This document shows positions 1-13,303 of a stretch of DNA of 64,000 bases, in pieces. Position 1 is the stretch's first letter; each line of letters opens with the position of its first letter. The translations under genes were made by a program, and so were the position numbers. Under the pieces are notes generated by a model that was not told where the DNA came from, did no database searches, and was given only the letters and a program-made list of their open reading frames with translations. This DNA comes from Piedraia hortae CBS 480.64. Lineage: Eukaryota. The stretch spans positions 62,001-126,000 of the forward strand of contig MU005982.1 in assembly GCA_010093745.1 (NCBI GenBank). The letters are read 5' to 3'.

Positions 1-609
1 TCTAGTCTGTCAGGGAGAAAGCAAACCTGCAATTTGTGGAATCCTTGGGATGAAAAATGAACCTGTGAATATTTTCCGCTACAAATTTTTTGAGATGCAA
101 TGTCTCAGATTGTGTAGAATGGGTTCAGACAGCCTCAATACTGACTAGAACGTAACAACTTGAAGGTCGTCACGAAATTGGTAGCTTTCTAGTGCGTGAT
201 GCGGCCCGTACCACGTAGATCCGCCCAGGTCCCGTTCCGTTCGTCCGGGACTCTCCGTAACAGGCAGCAGCTCTATTTTACGTCGTACAATGATTTCTGG
301 GAAGAGTTGAACTGCGTTTTTTATGTCGAGCAGTGAATCTACAAATCGCAATAGAAGTTCTACATTACAGTGCTGGATAAATGTCATCAGACGATATTAG
401 GCACTGGCCTGCCATGCCATAGCCTGACGCACTTGACAAACTCATTGTCAACCATTATGATTGCTTATCGAACCTGACACACGCCACGAGCGAGAATTGA
501 ACAGGAAGTAGTGACAAGGGTCTATCTCAATAGCGTGTCTTCATTTTACTGTCTCGAACTAATAAAGTTGATGAAATGAACTATATTTGGTCCCCCAGAC
601 ACCTAAACC

Positions 610-1180
610 CTTTTACTAAAACAGACCGGCCGAACAGTTAGCCTTGCCCTCCTTCGTAGGCAGACGGCAAACACCAACCATCTAGTTTTAGATGCTTCTC
701 AAATCGACCGCAAAAGCAAAGGTTGATTTATTGATGCACAGAACGACCACAGCCTTCAGAGTTGTCCCTGGATTGTCAACCACGGCAAATAACACCTATG
801 ATTTGTTCCCGGTGATAACGACAAGCCGTCCGCAGATGGTGAGGACGTTGCCAATGCAGCAGTAGAAACTTTTACCGAATCAGGCCAGCCGAACAGTTCG
901 TTTTACGCTCCTTTGTGAGGAAGATCGCAAAGCCCACACGTCGTGTCTTGGGTTTTTGTCCAGCTTATCGATCACAGCAACCGCAACGATTGATTTATTC
1001 CCCGTAATTACGACAAGTTTTCCGTGGACAGTCCGATGCGTAGCGGAAGCAACACCAAAAACAACGTTTGCAAAGACGGCAGCGAGACAATTTACTTTGC
1101 ATTCTTTGGTTGGCAGGAAGGCAAAGCCCACCCATGCGGTGTTTGGCTTTTTTTACACGATAACAGCAATGGTTGGTTTG
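610..1180. repeat. Degenerate ~190-260 bp tandem repeat (about 3 units)
   Basis: Recurring anchors: ttttactaaaacagaccggccgaacagtt (~611), ttttaccgaatcaggccagccgaacagtt (~870), and tgatttgttcccggtgataacgacaag (~799) / tgatttattccccgtaattacgacaag (~989). Confidence 0.6.
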
Positions 1181-1399
1181 TGGATGCAGATGGCGACCAG
1201 AGAAGTTTTGACGGTAGTGTCCGATCGGCCAGGTCACAAGCCCATGGCGCAGTTTGTTGTCCGTGTCGGTGAGCAGCGGCGAGGACAACATCATATTGTC
1301 AAACGATGACGGGATAGCGGGCATTTGAGTAGAGCGAGGACGTGTTCTTGGAAGGAACGTCACATGGGTTGCAACGACCACCTCTGCTTGTGGATTGTC

Positions 1400-2547
1400 G
1401 GTGGCTGATAGCGCTTGGCGGGCTGACAGGGTCGGAGGGTGGGCAAAAAAATGGCAAACTTCGATAGTGTCGGGAAATCAGGAGTCTTTCGTCTTCAGGG
1501 TCGATCAACTAACAACCAAGGCAGCCCTGGGTCGCTTGTCTTGCTCCGGGGCCGATTGCATGCTTCGTGTGCAAGTGCATGTTGCGGGCTTTCGGAGGGG
1601 CGCCATGGTTTGTTGAACCTTCACACAGTCAGCTTCTGTCTAACGAATCAAACAATGTACGTGCCAGAGAGGAAACTGCAGTGTAAGTCTCATGTTCTTC
1701 AGCCGTTTCAACATTTTGTCGGGCAGCAAAATCAGGGAATAGACCCGGAAAATCGCACCCATCCAGTAGTGATAATAAAGACACCCGCGTCGGATGTAGC
1801 CATAACTGGCCATGAAGTCATCTTGGGGTAATTTCAGCCAGAGCATCCCCAGGGCAGTATTCCATGGCGATTAAGTGGCTTGTATGCACACCGCCAATGC
1901 CTTCGAGAGGGGCAAAGCGTCGGATTTGATTTGTCATGATCAGTGAACGGGGCCGCGTTTGACTTGACCCTGTCATGACGAGCGAAAGATTGCATGGTGC
2001 CCCGAGAAGTAAGTCCAAGCGCAGCTAGAAACTGACACCTCCGCTTGCTAATGAGACATGCAAGGAATGATAAGATCAGTTTTCGAGCCCAAACCATGCC
2101 GTAAATGAAAATGGCATTGGATTCCTTGGACAACCCCGGTCTTTCCCATGATCTTGCAATTCGTTTCTTGCTCCTTTTCCAGGTCTCCGGACCACGTTCA
2201 GGTCGTGTCAAATTGTACATCCACCGGTGTACGAGGGATCTTGCCTCCTGAGCTTCTTGGCGATTGTGTGCTCGAGTGTTCGCCTTGTGTAGGGCCTGTC
2301 CTGACTGGCTGATAAGGCCAGTACAGGCGGATTCTTCAGCCCGCGCGGGCAATTTTGCCTACTGGCCATGAGCGGGCTGCAAAAACCCAGCTACGCCCTT
2401 GTCTTTGCGAGCGAGGCTTGTGTCGAAAATGTAATCAGGACGATCACCCTTGACATGGCTGCTAAATGCTTTGATAGCGCTGTTGATGGGAGCCTCACGG
2501 GATGAAGTACTTACGCTTGTCTTGAGGACGATGCGGTAGGGTCGCAT
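1400..2547 (-). pseudogene. Possible heavily decayed Tc1/mariner-like transposase
   Basis: Broken minus-strand ORFs with a basic N-terminal region and weak echoes of FQQDNAP and WPxxSPD motifs; many stops and frameshifts. Confidence 0.25.
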
Positions 2548-3465
2548 ATAAAGCTAACTGTATTAGCTTATTCCCTTGTGCAGTTAATGACTGCTGTAGT
2601 TGACTCACTGCTTGGCTCGTTCCCGCGATAGCGGTAGATTCTGAGAGCGGTCATCGACCACCGGTGCAAGCATCGTCGCCGCCTACAGGCAGTGAACATG
2701 CTTGAAGGATGAATATCCACCTAGGTGCGGGTACATGGTGAGATCAGTACTGCAGAATGATGGAGATATTATTTGCAGCCTTGGAGCGTTATTTGTAGCG
2801 AGAGTTTTGTGCGAGCGAGGGGAACTCGTGTTGCCAAGTATACGACACCAGTTTTTCACAGAAAGCTATCACTAGTCAGGTTAACTTTTGAACTTGGAAC
2901 GGTTGAAAACCTCGATATTAGAGCTTCTTCAGCTCACCTGATTTTGGTTAGCAAAGTTTCCTTAGCTTAACCCGGAAGCTGACAAACAATGGTCTTACGA
3001 ATGTGTATAGACAGTTGCAAAGCAATCTCCGGTTCATTGCTTTCCTTCCTCTGTCACTGTCCCTCATAGTCCCCAAGATGGCGTGCTTTCATACGGCAGC
3101 CTGACTGGTGGGAACGAATGACACAGTACACGCAGGGCTATCCAGCGTCGCTGTCAAGTAGAAGTCGGGCGCAGCATGCATGGTTATTATGAAAAGAACA
3201 TCCTACTGAGGTTGCCGATTTCGGGATCTTCGGGTTCGTCGTGGAAGCGGCAGGGGAAATTAATTTCATTCCGACCAACGAACCCAGCAGCATGTTCAGT
3301 TACCCTCGTGGTAAGGACGGCGCAGCAAGCGCACCTGATCGTTCACTGACAATGTTTGGTAGTTCCCTTTGACGATGATGACTTACCCAACCCAACCGCA
3401 GAACCAATCTGTGAGACGGTAAACCTTCTCATGCAGTATACAGCCAGTTCGCCTCTGCCAGCATA

Positions 3466-3728
3466 AATAGAGGTCGAGGCTTCTCAGAGTTTCAACCTCT
3501 CTGGAGGAAGTTTCCCCTGGGACGGGTCATCGCCTCGTTCATATTCTTGCATGTCTCGATGACGTTGTCCTGGCGAATGCGGCTAGACTGAGGTAGTGTG
3601 GAGAAGGTTTCTCCGACTTCACTTCATAGATATAGACACCTACACCCGCATTTTGGTCAGAGTCAAGCGCACACATATATCTTTGGTCCACATTCCGCCT
3701 TACTCCACGGAAGCTCGCCCATACGACA
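3466..3728 (-). mobile_element. Diverged LTR, family F
   Basis: Aligns by eye to 44914-45209 (gacgttgtcctggcgaatgcggctagactgaggt, gggtcatcgcctcgttcat); ends approximate. Confidence 0.6.
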
Positions 3729-4342
3729 GTAGATCCATCCCTCCTTCCGATACACTCTTTACGTTATTCTTCGACTGAGGAAGTTGTTGCCGCCAAGACG
3801 AATCGGACCGAGCCGAGCCGAGAAGATCTATGATAGCATCGAAGACTGCGACAGAAGGAGAGATCGTTTGTTGTGAAGGGCCTCAATTGCAGTGGGCATG
3901 GCCTTGTGACAAGCGGATACTAAGATAACAAACTCGGGAGTGAATGCAGCCAATATTGACTGCAGAACTGGAGCGATTTTGATGCGTTAAGGGGCGCAAA
4001 CAATACCTTGTACTCGCACAATCATCCACCAACAAAACCATATGGCTGATCAATCGTTCACATTTGCAATCGCAATGCCAGCTTCCCTCCGATTGAACCA
4101 CTCCAACCTCCTTGAACCAACGGAGAATAATCCTAACCCTACCGACTGGAGACGAGCAACAACAGAGTCTGTAGTTTGCTAACCGAGACGGCGCGAAATC
4201 GTCTTGATACATTCAGGATGACTGGTCAAGATATCGTCCAGACGCGACGGAAGGACGGGGGATTACCAGCAAAAGCCGAAGCTGTACCCGGGCAGCCCCG
4301 CAATCGCGGCTCAAAGGAGGAACGCGCCCGCGACGGCGGCTA

Positions 4343-5899
4343 ATGGCTTCGTTGACACGCGCATTATGGCGACAGCCAGCAAAGGTCGCGTCGGCCAGCA
4401 GGCGACTGCAATTTCGCGCATTCAGCGCGACGACGATCGCGTTGCGTGAAATTCGCAGTCCTAGCAAGGTGGTTGGATCGGCCGACGAGGCTGTGGCAGA
4501 TGTGAAGTCGGGCTCCGTCATACTCAGCGCGGGCTTCGGACTCTGCGGCACTCCCGAAACACTCATCAAGGCCCTTGCACGACGAAAGGATTTGCGCGAT
4601 CTCACCGTCGTCTCAAACAATGCCGGCACGGCCAGCGGTGGCGGTCTCTCGCCGCTCATCAACGCCGGAGCCGTGTCGCGTGCAATCTGCAGTTTCCTTG
4701 GCTCCAACAAGACACTAGAAAAGAAATACCTGAATGGTGAGATCTCGATAGAGCTGACGCCGCAAGGAACACTGGCCGAGAAGTTGCGGGCGGCTGGAGC
4801 TGGCATCCCTGCCTTCTTCACCCCCACGGGCGTCGATACATTCGTGCAATCTGGGCAGATCCCGCTACGGGTGAAAGGTGGCGAGGTGATTGAAGCCGCC
4901 CAACCGCGTGAAACACGCATCTTCAACAGCCGTGTGTACAACATGGAGACAGCCCTTCCAGGCGATGTTGCCATCTTGCGTGCGCAGCAGGTCGATGAAA
5001 TCGGCAACTGTCGCTTCCGATACGCAACTCGCTCGTTCGGTCCGCTACAGGCAAAAGCTGCGAAAATGGCTATAGTCGAAGCCGATGAGATAGTCCGAGT
5101 CGGCACCATCAAGCCCGAAGATGTCCACTTACCCGGCGTTTTCATCGACCGCATCGTACAAGCAACCGAAAGCAAAGAGATCGAAATCGAGAAGATGGCG
5201 GAAAACGAAGGCGCAAAGGGCGGAGCAGCAGCTTCTCGTCGCAATCTCATCGCACGTCGTGCTGCCAAGGAACTCAAACCCGGATTCACGGTCAACCTCG
5301 GGATCGGAATGCCCACCTTGGCTGCCTCTTTCCTCCCCGCCGACAGCGGCGTCACTTTCCAATCCGAAAACGGCATCCTCGGTATGGGCCCTTACCCATC
5401 TTCACGGGACGAAATGGATCCGGATATCATCAACGCCGGAAAGGAAACCGTCACTCTCATTCCAGGTGCATCGGTCTTCGACTCGGCAGAGTCCTTTGGT
5501 ATGATCCGCGGAGGCCATGTTGATGTTTCGATGCTGGGAGCCCTGCAAGTTGGCGCCAATGGCGACTTAGCGAACTACATGATCCCCGGTAAAGTCTTCC
5601 GTGGCATGGGCGGCGCTATGGATCTCGTTTCCAATCCCGATGCGACGAAAATTGTTGTTCTGACGGATCACGTCGACCGCGATGGAAAGCCGAAGATTGT
5701 TGCAAACTGCTCTCTGCCCCTTACTGGCGCTCGATGTGTTAGCACGATCATTACTGATCTCTGCGTCTTTGAGGTTGATAGGAAGAAGGGCGAGCTGTGG
5801 CTTGTTGAACTCGCGCCTGGTGTCACAGTTGAGGAGGTCAAAAGCAAGACGGAAGCTGAGTTTAAGGTGAAGGAGAACTTGGGGCAGATGGAGGGTTGA
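4343..5899 (+). CDS. Succinyl-CoA:3-ketoacid CoA transferase (SCOT/OXCT-like), mitochondrial
   Basis: Intronless 518-aa ORF; Arg/Ser/Ala-rich presequence; GFGLCGTPE, PQGTLAE, NLGIGMP, catalytic QSENG and GMGGAMDL motifs of fused alpha+beta family I CoA-transferases. Confidence 0.95.
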   Translation: MASLTRALWRQPAKVASASRRLQFRAFSATTIALREIRSPSKVVGSADEAVADVKSGSVILSAGFGLCGTPETLIKALARRKDLRDLTVVSNNAGTASGGGLSPLINAGAVSRAICSFLGSNKTLEKKYLNGEISIELTPQGTLAEKLRAAGAGIPAFFTPTGVDTFVQSGQIPLRVKGGEVIEAAQPRETRIFNSRVYNMETALPGDVAILRAQQVDEIGNCRFRYATRSFGPLQAKAAKMAIVEADEIVRVGTIKPEDVHLPGVFIDRIVQATESKEIEIEKMAENEGAKGGAAASRRNLIARRAAKELKPGFTVNLGIGMPTLAASFLPADSGVTFQSENGILGMGPYPSSRDEMDPDIINAGKETVTLIPGASVFDSAESFGMIRGGHVDVSMLGALQVGANGDLANYMIPGKVFRGMGGAMDLVSNPDATKIVVLTDHVDRDGKPKIVANCSLPLTGARCVSTIITDLCVFEVDRKKGELWLVELAPGVTVEEVKSKTEAEFKVKENLGQMEG

Positions 5900-5945
5900 G
5901 GGTTTGGAACTCTACAAAGGTTTGGAGGTGTATATGATGGGTACT

Positions 5946-5970
5946 TATTATTATTGTTATTATTATTATT
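5946..5970. repeat. (TTA)n microsatellite in SCOT 3' region
   Basis: ttattattattgttattattattat. Confidence 0.85.
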
Positions 5971-6357
5971 TCTCTTACGCCGATGGAGCTAAAAGCATCA
6001 TAGCTCCGTCCCGAAGGGCATGCGTATTTCCGCTGCATTTTGACACGTTCGCGTAGAACAGTCTATAGAGAACACAGTACGATCATACCAGCTAGTTGCA
6101 ACCGTCCAGCGTTTCACCCTACATAGCATACCGATTCTCAAACACAGCTGCTCTTGCTGTGGATGTCGCAGAGCGAACCTCCGTAGGGTAAAGCGGAACG
6201 TAGATCGAGGACAGGTGATGATATATGGAGGTGGTGATCTAGCGCAGCGTTATGTGCAATATGAACACGAAGAGTGGGAGCAAGAACAGTAGCTGTGATT
6301 ATGCTCATGCATTGAGTTGTACTGTCTTGTTATATTGTAATAATGAAGTGAGGGCTT

Positions 6358-6724
6358 CGTAGCGATAGTACTCTCGTGAATGGGAGTGCGCAGCGGCCCG
6401 AACCAAGTGGACGAAGCGATAGACGGAAATTAACAACAGGGACAGGACAGATGCAGATGGATATGAGCCAACACCAGTGTCGATATGACAGTGTGAATGA
6501 CTATCTCAAAATGAGGGGACGTTCAAAATAAAGATTCTGTACCGGTGGGCCAGTGACCCGTCGTACACTAGCAGGACGCATTCGCCACGTCACATATGAC
6601 ATGACCTGAGGAGAAACCTCAGTGAGGGAAAAATCTAGGGTGCAGCTGGTAGTATAGGAGGTATTGCTGACTTGCTATGCAAGTGCCCCCGCATACGCGC
6701 TAGCGGCGACGCCTGAATCCAACA
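6358..6724 (-). mobile_element. Solo LTR, family B
   Basis: Homologous along its length to 55067-55428 and (reverse) 30495-30857; ends ...gaatccaaca; no TSD seen. Confidence 0.85.
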
Positions 6725-9700
6725 GATAATTCTATTTTATTCACGCTTCCCAATATCCTGACGACGAATAGACCTGGAACCTCATTTCCTTCATCAGATC
6801 CTCCATGAAATTTTTTGCTTAATTGAACCATCCGATCATCCACGCTTGGGACAAATAATTCATGCAGAGACATTCCTCTCGACATATTCCCATCTTCTAC
6901 GCATGTTGAGTGCGAAAAGTTTGTAAACTGGATGGAGTCTGTTGAACACCCAGCAGAGCCAAGACAGCCAGTGTCACTTACGACAGAAAGTCTGCCGTCT
7001 CCTCGTTCCCGTTGTGGCTGCCAGACGAATGGAGCTAGACGACTAAGTCTCGACAAGAATATCCGCCTGAGGAGCTGGAGCTGGACCGTCCTCATCGGTT
7101 GGCGTTGAACTTATAGGAACCTCGAACTGGAGCTATCGCAATACTACATCGCCCTTTCGGTTGCGAGTTTGCACAGGGTCTTTGCGATTGGGAGTCTATA
7201 GGAACCGTATCCAAAGCCGAAGACTATACGACCCCGAAAGTTCACTCCCTTTGGAACGGAAGAATTACTTGGAGCGGAAGGACAGTCTCCATGAGCGGCA
7301 TGGCCTCCGCGCAAAAAGGGGAATTCTCTTGGCATCGCTCTTCAGCCGTGTCTCCCAGCAATCTCGATCAGGCGCACCCGGGCCGCTGTTGATATGGCCA
7401 GCGCAGAAGCAGGCGGACATGCTCCGCGATCGATTGCGTCTTCAAGGAGGGAGGGGATCTTGACACCGGCTCGTCCGCGCTTCCCAGCAAGTCCATTGTC
7501 GATCCCGAGTGCTGGCGTCGAAACCGGCCATTGCTCAGTGCCGTGCATTGGAATTGGACGGGCCAGGCCGCAGCATATGTTCCAGTGTAGGTGGGAGAGG
7601 GCCATCGTCGTTGACAAGGAAGCCAAGAAGCACCAATTAATTGCCTGGAGCGATGTGGCAGGAGGCAGCACATATGCTTCGGAGACGTTCGAACTGGCAT
7701 ATAAACGTTGGTGTGGCTATTTAGTCGGTGGAGACTGTGCAGACGTACCAAAAGGCGGCAAGAAAACTCCGTTACGTGAAATCATTCGCAGACCATGGAT
7801 TGTGCGTTTGAACTTGTCCAGCCAACGAGCGCCAATGGCCTGGAGCAACGAAGTAGGAGGCAGCACATAGGCCTCCACTGCGGGGGTGTCGACTTCTAAC
7901 CGTTAGCGTGGCTCTTTGGGTGAAGTGGACTTGTGCGGACGTACCGGAGGGTAGCAAGCCATTACGACGCCTTCTTTTCAAGGGAATCTTGGCAGGCATT
8001 ACGCTTTGTCTCCTCCCTGCCCACATCTGCCGTGTATCCCTTCTTTGCATTGCGGCACGGCATCTTGGCCTGGCGTAGGCTTTTTCTTCGGGACAGCGTC
8101 CAATGTGGAGACTGGGCAGTAGACTTGAATACGTTAGCAAATCCCTTCCAGGTACTGTGGGCTCGATTGGAAATACCAAAGTACAGTTCTCTTATCCAGG
8201 CAGCCACAACGCTCTCTACATCGAAAGTATCCTGGAAAGCACAGTGGTTACCCTCATGTCCAGCCTTTCCTGCAACTAAGTATGCTTATGCAATGTTGCC
8301 TTCTCCTTGCATCCTGGCAATTTGGTGTAATGTTTCCTCTTCTGACCCACGCCCAGGCTTCCAACAGCTCACGCGAGAACTTGATCAGCGTGCATGACCG
8401 TGCTGTGGCGAACAGATTCAAGGTTGTCGAGCTTGGGATTGTGTTACTAGGGTCCTTGAGGCAACCTGAAAGAGAGTAGAGATCTCCAACAGGGTGAAGC
8501 TTGCCTGGAACCACGGGCACAAAAACCTACGAGGCCCTCTGGCCTGCCGGAACTGTTCTTCTATGGTTTCTTGCGGTCATCGGCTGGCCGAGGATGGACG
8601 GCTCGCAGGGCAGGTACACGCGGGCCATTGAGCACGTTTATTCTTCGATGGCACCAAAATCTCCCGATCAGTTCTTCACGGCTGCTTGATGTTGTTACCC
8701 GCGACGTTAGCAATCGCCGATGAATGGATGTCTGGGTCAGACTTACCTTTCATTCGTTCAACGGAGCCAACGAAAGCTAATTCCAAAATTGAGCTATGGC
8801 GTAGCTCGCGTTGTTGGATCCATCCGCCTGGGAGAATCTGAAGCGGTCACTTACGGATCTCTCGCAGCCTCAGTGTTGCCCACTTGACTTGTTGGATGTA
8901 GCGTAGCACTGCTAGACCGGTGAGGTTCGGCATGGTGGGAGCGAGGTCAGGAAGCATTCGCAAGGATGGCCCATTATTTGTTGGCTGGCATGTCCAACGG
9001 CGAAAAAAGCTTTCCACCGCAACCTATTGGGACAGTACTCAGTAGGCGATCCCTTTTGTCTGGTGTGGACGAAGGCTTTCAATTCTGGCTGAACTCGATC
9101 TCGCCGTCCGGCGTGCCCTCATACCCATTAACCGATGTCTCTGGTGCCGACGACTTAGGCCATAGCGTGTCCCTCATTGACCAGATTAAAATCGCTAACT
9201 CGGGCAACCAGGCCATCAAGAATACTTGATTCCCCTTAACCGCAAGTTTATCTGGCGAGGCACTTTCTCGTCATCTTCGCATTAGTCGACAACCTCTTAA
9301 AGGGCCGATCTTCTGTGGCGGCTTGCGCAACACGATTGGCAACCCTTCCTAAAGACATGAATATATGTCGAGATGATCGTATGGGTTCCCAGGGACTGAA
9401 CTCTGGGAAATTTTGTCTCACACAAGGCGTGACTCGTCGGCAGCGTCGCCTTCTCCAGTTCCTCTCGAGAATGTGACGCCTCTTGCCTGTCCTCTCATCT
9501 TGCGGGAAGCTGTTCGCTGACTTAATGCTGCTGAAGATTCTGCGGCAGTGTCCTTTTCCTGGTAATTCAAGAACGAGGAGAGAACCAAAGAACAATAGGC
9601 TGAGCGCTATTGATATCCATGACCGATCGACCTAGGGTGTAGCTGGTTTGAACTAACCCCAGAAAGTCTTACATTAGACGTCCCCAACTTCAATCGACAC

Positions 9701-12700
9701 CTCTCGCCACCTGCTGTAATCTGCCCGCGTAGCGTCCGCAGTCTTAGGAGCCAGCACTTGACCGTTCTCCACTTTCTAGTTCTTTCCCACAGTCCTGGAC
9801 GGCCCGCAGTGAAGCAGGGCTTGAACGAGCCGAGCGCGCGATGATGCGGATGGGGCGGATGAGGCTGGATACGGGGTCTTTTTAGCTTGAGATTCCATCA
9901 ATTCTCTTTTCAACGAGGCAGCTGCAGTTGAAGGATGTGTCACGTGATGACCATGTACAACGTCCTTTTGTATGCAGCACATACAATATACTATTAGCTC
10001 GTTTCCTTTAACTGCTGCAGCTTTCTTCCCCTGGTTTTTTTGATTCCGCTGCTTTTGTTTAGCACTCTGCTAGGTTACCGCTCGGGGGGGTTTAAGCTCT
10101 CGCTTTAGTTTCCGGTCGGGGAACTTGGAACTTTGGCAGGGGCTTCAGCTTTGAGCTTCACTGGGGTGCTGCTCTTTTTCTGCATCTTGTTCCCCTCGCT
10201 ATCGTCGCTAAAAGCTGGCTGCGAAGACTGTTTTCCTTCAAACATGCCCCTGAGCTTTAGCCTATCAATCAAGGATATAAATGTCTTAGAGGCGGGAATG
10301 GAGTTCTCTTAACTCCCTTTTAACTTTGCTTCCGAACTAGTCTCTCAAAAGCAAGAATCCCAAATGGACAAGGGTTTCGTGAGCTGTCTTTTGAAAAGTG
10401 GATCCTGGATTTGAGGACCTTGTTCGATACCGGCCGGTTCAGTCGTCCGGACGGCTTGTCGAAAGGGCGGGTTGATCGTTCCAAAAGCCTTTTGTCCGGT
10501 GTTGTGTCGAGCGCCGCGAGGATATTGGTCATGATACTATTGACTTGATCTTGTCGCCGGTCAGCAATATCGGTCGTCGGTTTCTTCTGAGCTTATGTTT
10601 CACTGCATCTTTATTAGCAATAGCAAAATCAGCATCGAGCGGGAACGCACCATCTTGACAAGTGATTGTTTCATGATCGTCGCTTTTACGTCCCTGGGCG
10701 TATTGGTCAGCTTTTGTGAACTCTGCAAAAGGATTGCGGCACTTACCTTTACCATGGGCCTGACAGCCTCACGGAGGTCTCTGTCCAGAGAACGGCAGAG
10801 AGTGCATTTCGATGATGTGGGGCTGTCGAGCAGCCAACGCCGGATCGAGTCCCGCTGCCCTGGTGCGCAGTCTAAATTAACTGGCCTATGCCCACGGAAG
10901 GTGCAGGTGCTGGGCAAATGGTCAGATCTTGGTTGGTGTCTTACACTCCTAACTGATGTCCGCCGACATCGTCATGGGGTTTCATTTCTTGATCACCCTT
11001 TTTTCTTCGCCGCCGTCGACCGTGAAAATCTCCTTGTCACCGACACGTTCGCTGAGGGTTCTGGGAAGCTTCCACACGTAGCGGGTGACAATTTGGCCGT
11101 CCTCGATGCGGTGTCCGTTATTGTCGTACGGAAACGCGTAGAGTTAGACGGGAATTGTCAGCTTTAGTGTACCATGATCGTGGTCCACGAACCGACTGAG
11201 CGACATGCGCCGGGCTTCGAGCGCAGACATTCAAAGTGGATGGAAATTTACTCGCACCACGCTGCTTTACTGGAAGACTCTCGAACTATACTTCTAGGCC
11301 ACTCGTCTTGTGCGGCCGATTAAAGTCTTGACAGGAAATACTTGTTGCTTTGTGCGCTTTTGTCGAGTGAAGCGAGCCTGTCAAGGTCAGCGTCCTTCTT
11401 GGTACTACTGGGTAGGTTTGACATACCTCCTCTGTATGCTTGACCTAGCCGGCACGAGGAATTCCGCGCGTGGGGCTTACGACGGGCCGCTAGATTGCTC
11501 GGGGCCTTTGAAAGACAGAGAGCACTGGCAGGTCTCTGGCTGCGCTACTCCATCGACCCCATAACGGCGCTCATGGCAGCAAAATGCTGCAGCCTCTGGA
11601 AGACGATCTCTGCGCCGTCTATGGCGGTAGGATAACATGTGTAGCAAAGTCGGTCCCAAAACCTATAAGTCGTCAGTTTCTCATGAATCGATACCATGTG
11701 GATCATTGACTTACCAGCACTCGTCTTTTGTGTATGACATGCGAGGGGAAGCTAGTTAAGAAGTGTGAGGGCATGTTTGTGGTCTGTAAGAAGTGGAAGG
11801 AGGTGGAACAAATCCCAAGAGTGCGCCAAGGCCGCCCAAAATACCGAAGGCTCGGCCCACTTACCCACACTCCCTGGCCGTGTTGCCTTAGGCTGCCAAG
11901 ACAGGGCCGTTGGGGGGAATAAGCAGTAAACAGCTTTTCCGCCACACTCTCGGTTCAAATAAACCACTTCTGCACTCAAGCACGGAAAAATGTTTCGAAC
12001 GATTTTTATTCTGCATTGAGATCCCGTGAAAACAGTTGCCTCTTCCGTGGAGAGATTGTTGGCTGGTCCAGCGGGAGGATTAAGACTCAAGTTTCAAACG
12101 TTTGGCTAGCTTCGTTTGACCAATTTAAGATGTCAGTGGTTGGAAAAATGGCTGTGATGTGATATTCTAACAGCTTGCCTGAGTTAGAAGAGCCAGAGGA
12201 ATTGAATTGCTCTGGAAGGCAACATTTACTACTGATCAATCAATGCATTTTCCCATTGTAAATAGCTTGTTTGGATTAAAGTTTGTGATTTCTCTAACCG
12301 TAAGGAGGGCAATGTTTGCTACCACAGCACGAGTCATGAGCAGATCCTCCGAGCAACATGAGCTTGAACAATGATGCATCCTGACAAATTTTCACGACCA
12401 TCCCCCATCGTGGGCAAAGAGTCAACAGTTGATAACGTTTCCAATTCCAATGGAGAAAGAGCCGGGTTCATCGGGCACAACAGACCTACGTGGTGGCTTG
12501 GTCCTGACCTGTGTGCAACTCAAGCTGGCGGCTGGGCGTGTGTTTGATCCGAGTACAGTTTCTCAGGTTAAAATCAATAGAAAAAGTCGATCCATTCCGC
12601 GGTGAAGAAAACATATCACCTCTCCAAGCCGTTAAGTCAAAGGAACAAATACATATGGCTCTCGGCTTGCGATGCAGAAGATAGTTCACAAATACCTGTA

Positions 12701-12889
12701 GAGAACAAGGCGTTGTTTCAGGTAGGGGATACTTGAACGCTGGATGCAGTTTGCTCACGATTGGCACACTCTAACCACCGTGCATCGTTTGTTTTAGTTG
12801 TAGTACAGGACACAAATACACGAAGTTCACACGTTCACCGCAAAAGATCAATTTAAAGCAAGCATTCAATCCATGTCATGAACTGTTAC

Positions 12890-13265
12890 TGTTGGCATGA
12901 AGTCTCGTTGCTATCAGTGTACGATGCCACTGCGCGACACCTCTTACACCAGCAGCTGCACCCTAGGTTTTGTCCTCACAGAGGTTTCCCTCAGGGTCAT
13001 GTCGCATGCGACATGGTGAATGCGCCCTGCTACTGTTATGAGGTGAGTCATGGAGTAAGACTGCATGCTGACAGTCTTACTGCATGTATGACCACTTGCT
13101 TATGGTCATACAATTGATGACTCTTCATACGAGGCTACGCACGGGCCTTCCAGCCCAGAATATATTCTCTGATGTTCCCTCGAAGATATACTTGTATTCA
13201 CTCATAAAACACATCTCTACTTTCCATCCATCGTTCTCACTCATACATACTATCTGTCTTCGTCA
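12890..13265 (+). mobile_element. Solo LTR, family A, TSD GTTAC
   Basis: TGTTGG...TCA termini; GTTAC at 12885-12889 and 13266-13270; other copies at 20224 and 45914. Confidence 0.9.
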
Positions 13266-13303
13266 GTTACTTCGTACAATTGGATAGCATTTGTCTATCA
13301 GTC

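Noticed and set aside
4130..4142. CCTAACCCTA telomere-like or telomerase-template-like motif (also ~23029 and ~44027)
   Set aside because: Less than two repeats, not the full TAACCCTAA template, no supporting structure; one instance lies inside an LTR.
4213..5376. 387-aa minus-strand ORF
   Set aside because: Antisense shadow of the codon-biased SCOT gene.
6730..12100. Numerous 60-190 aa ORFs, some with intron-like signals (~10670-10730, minus)
   Set aside because: Probably pseudogene debris, but no family or coherent gene model could be supported.
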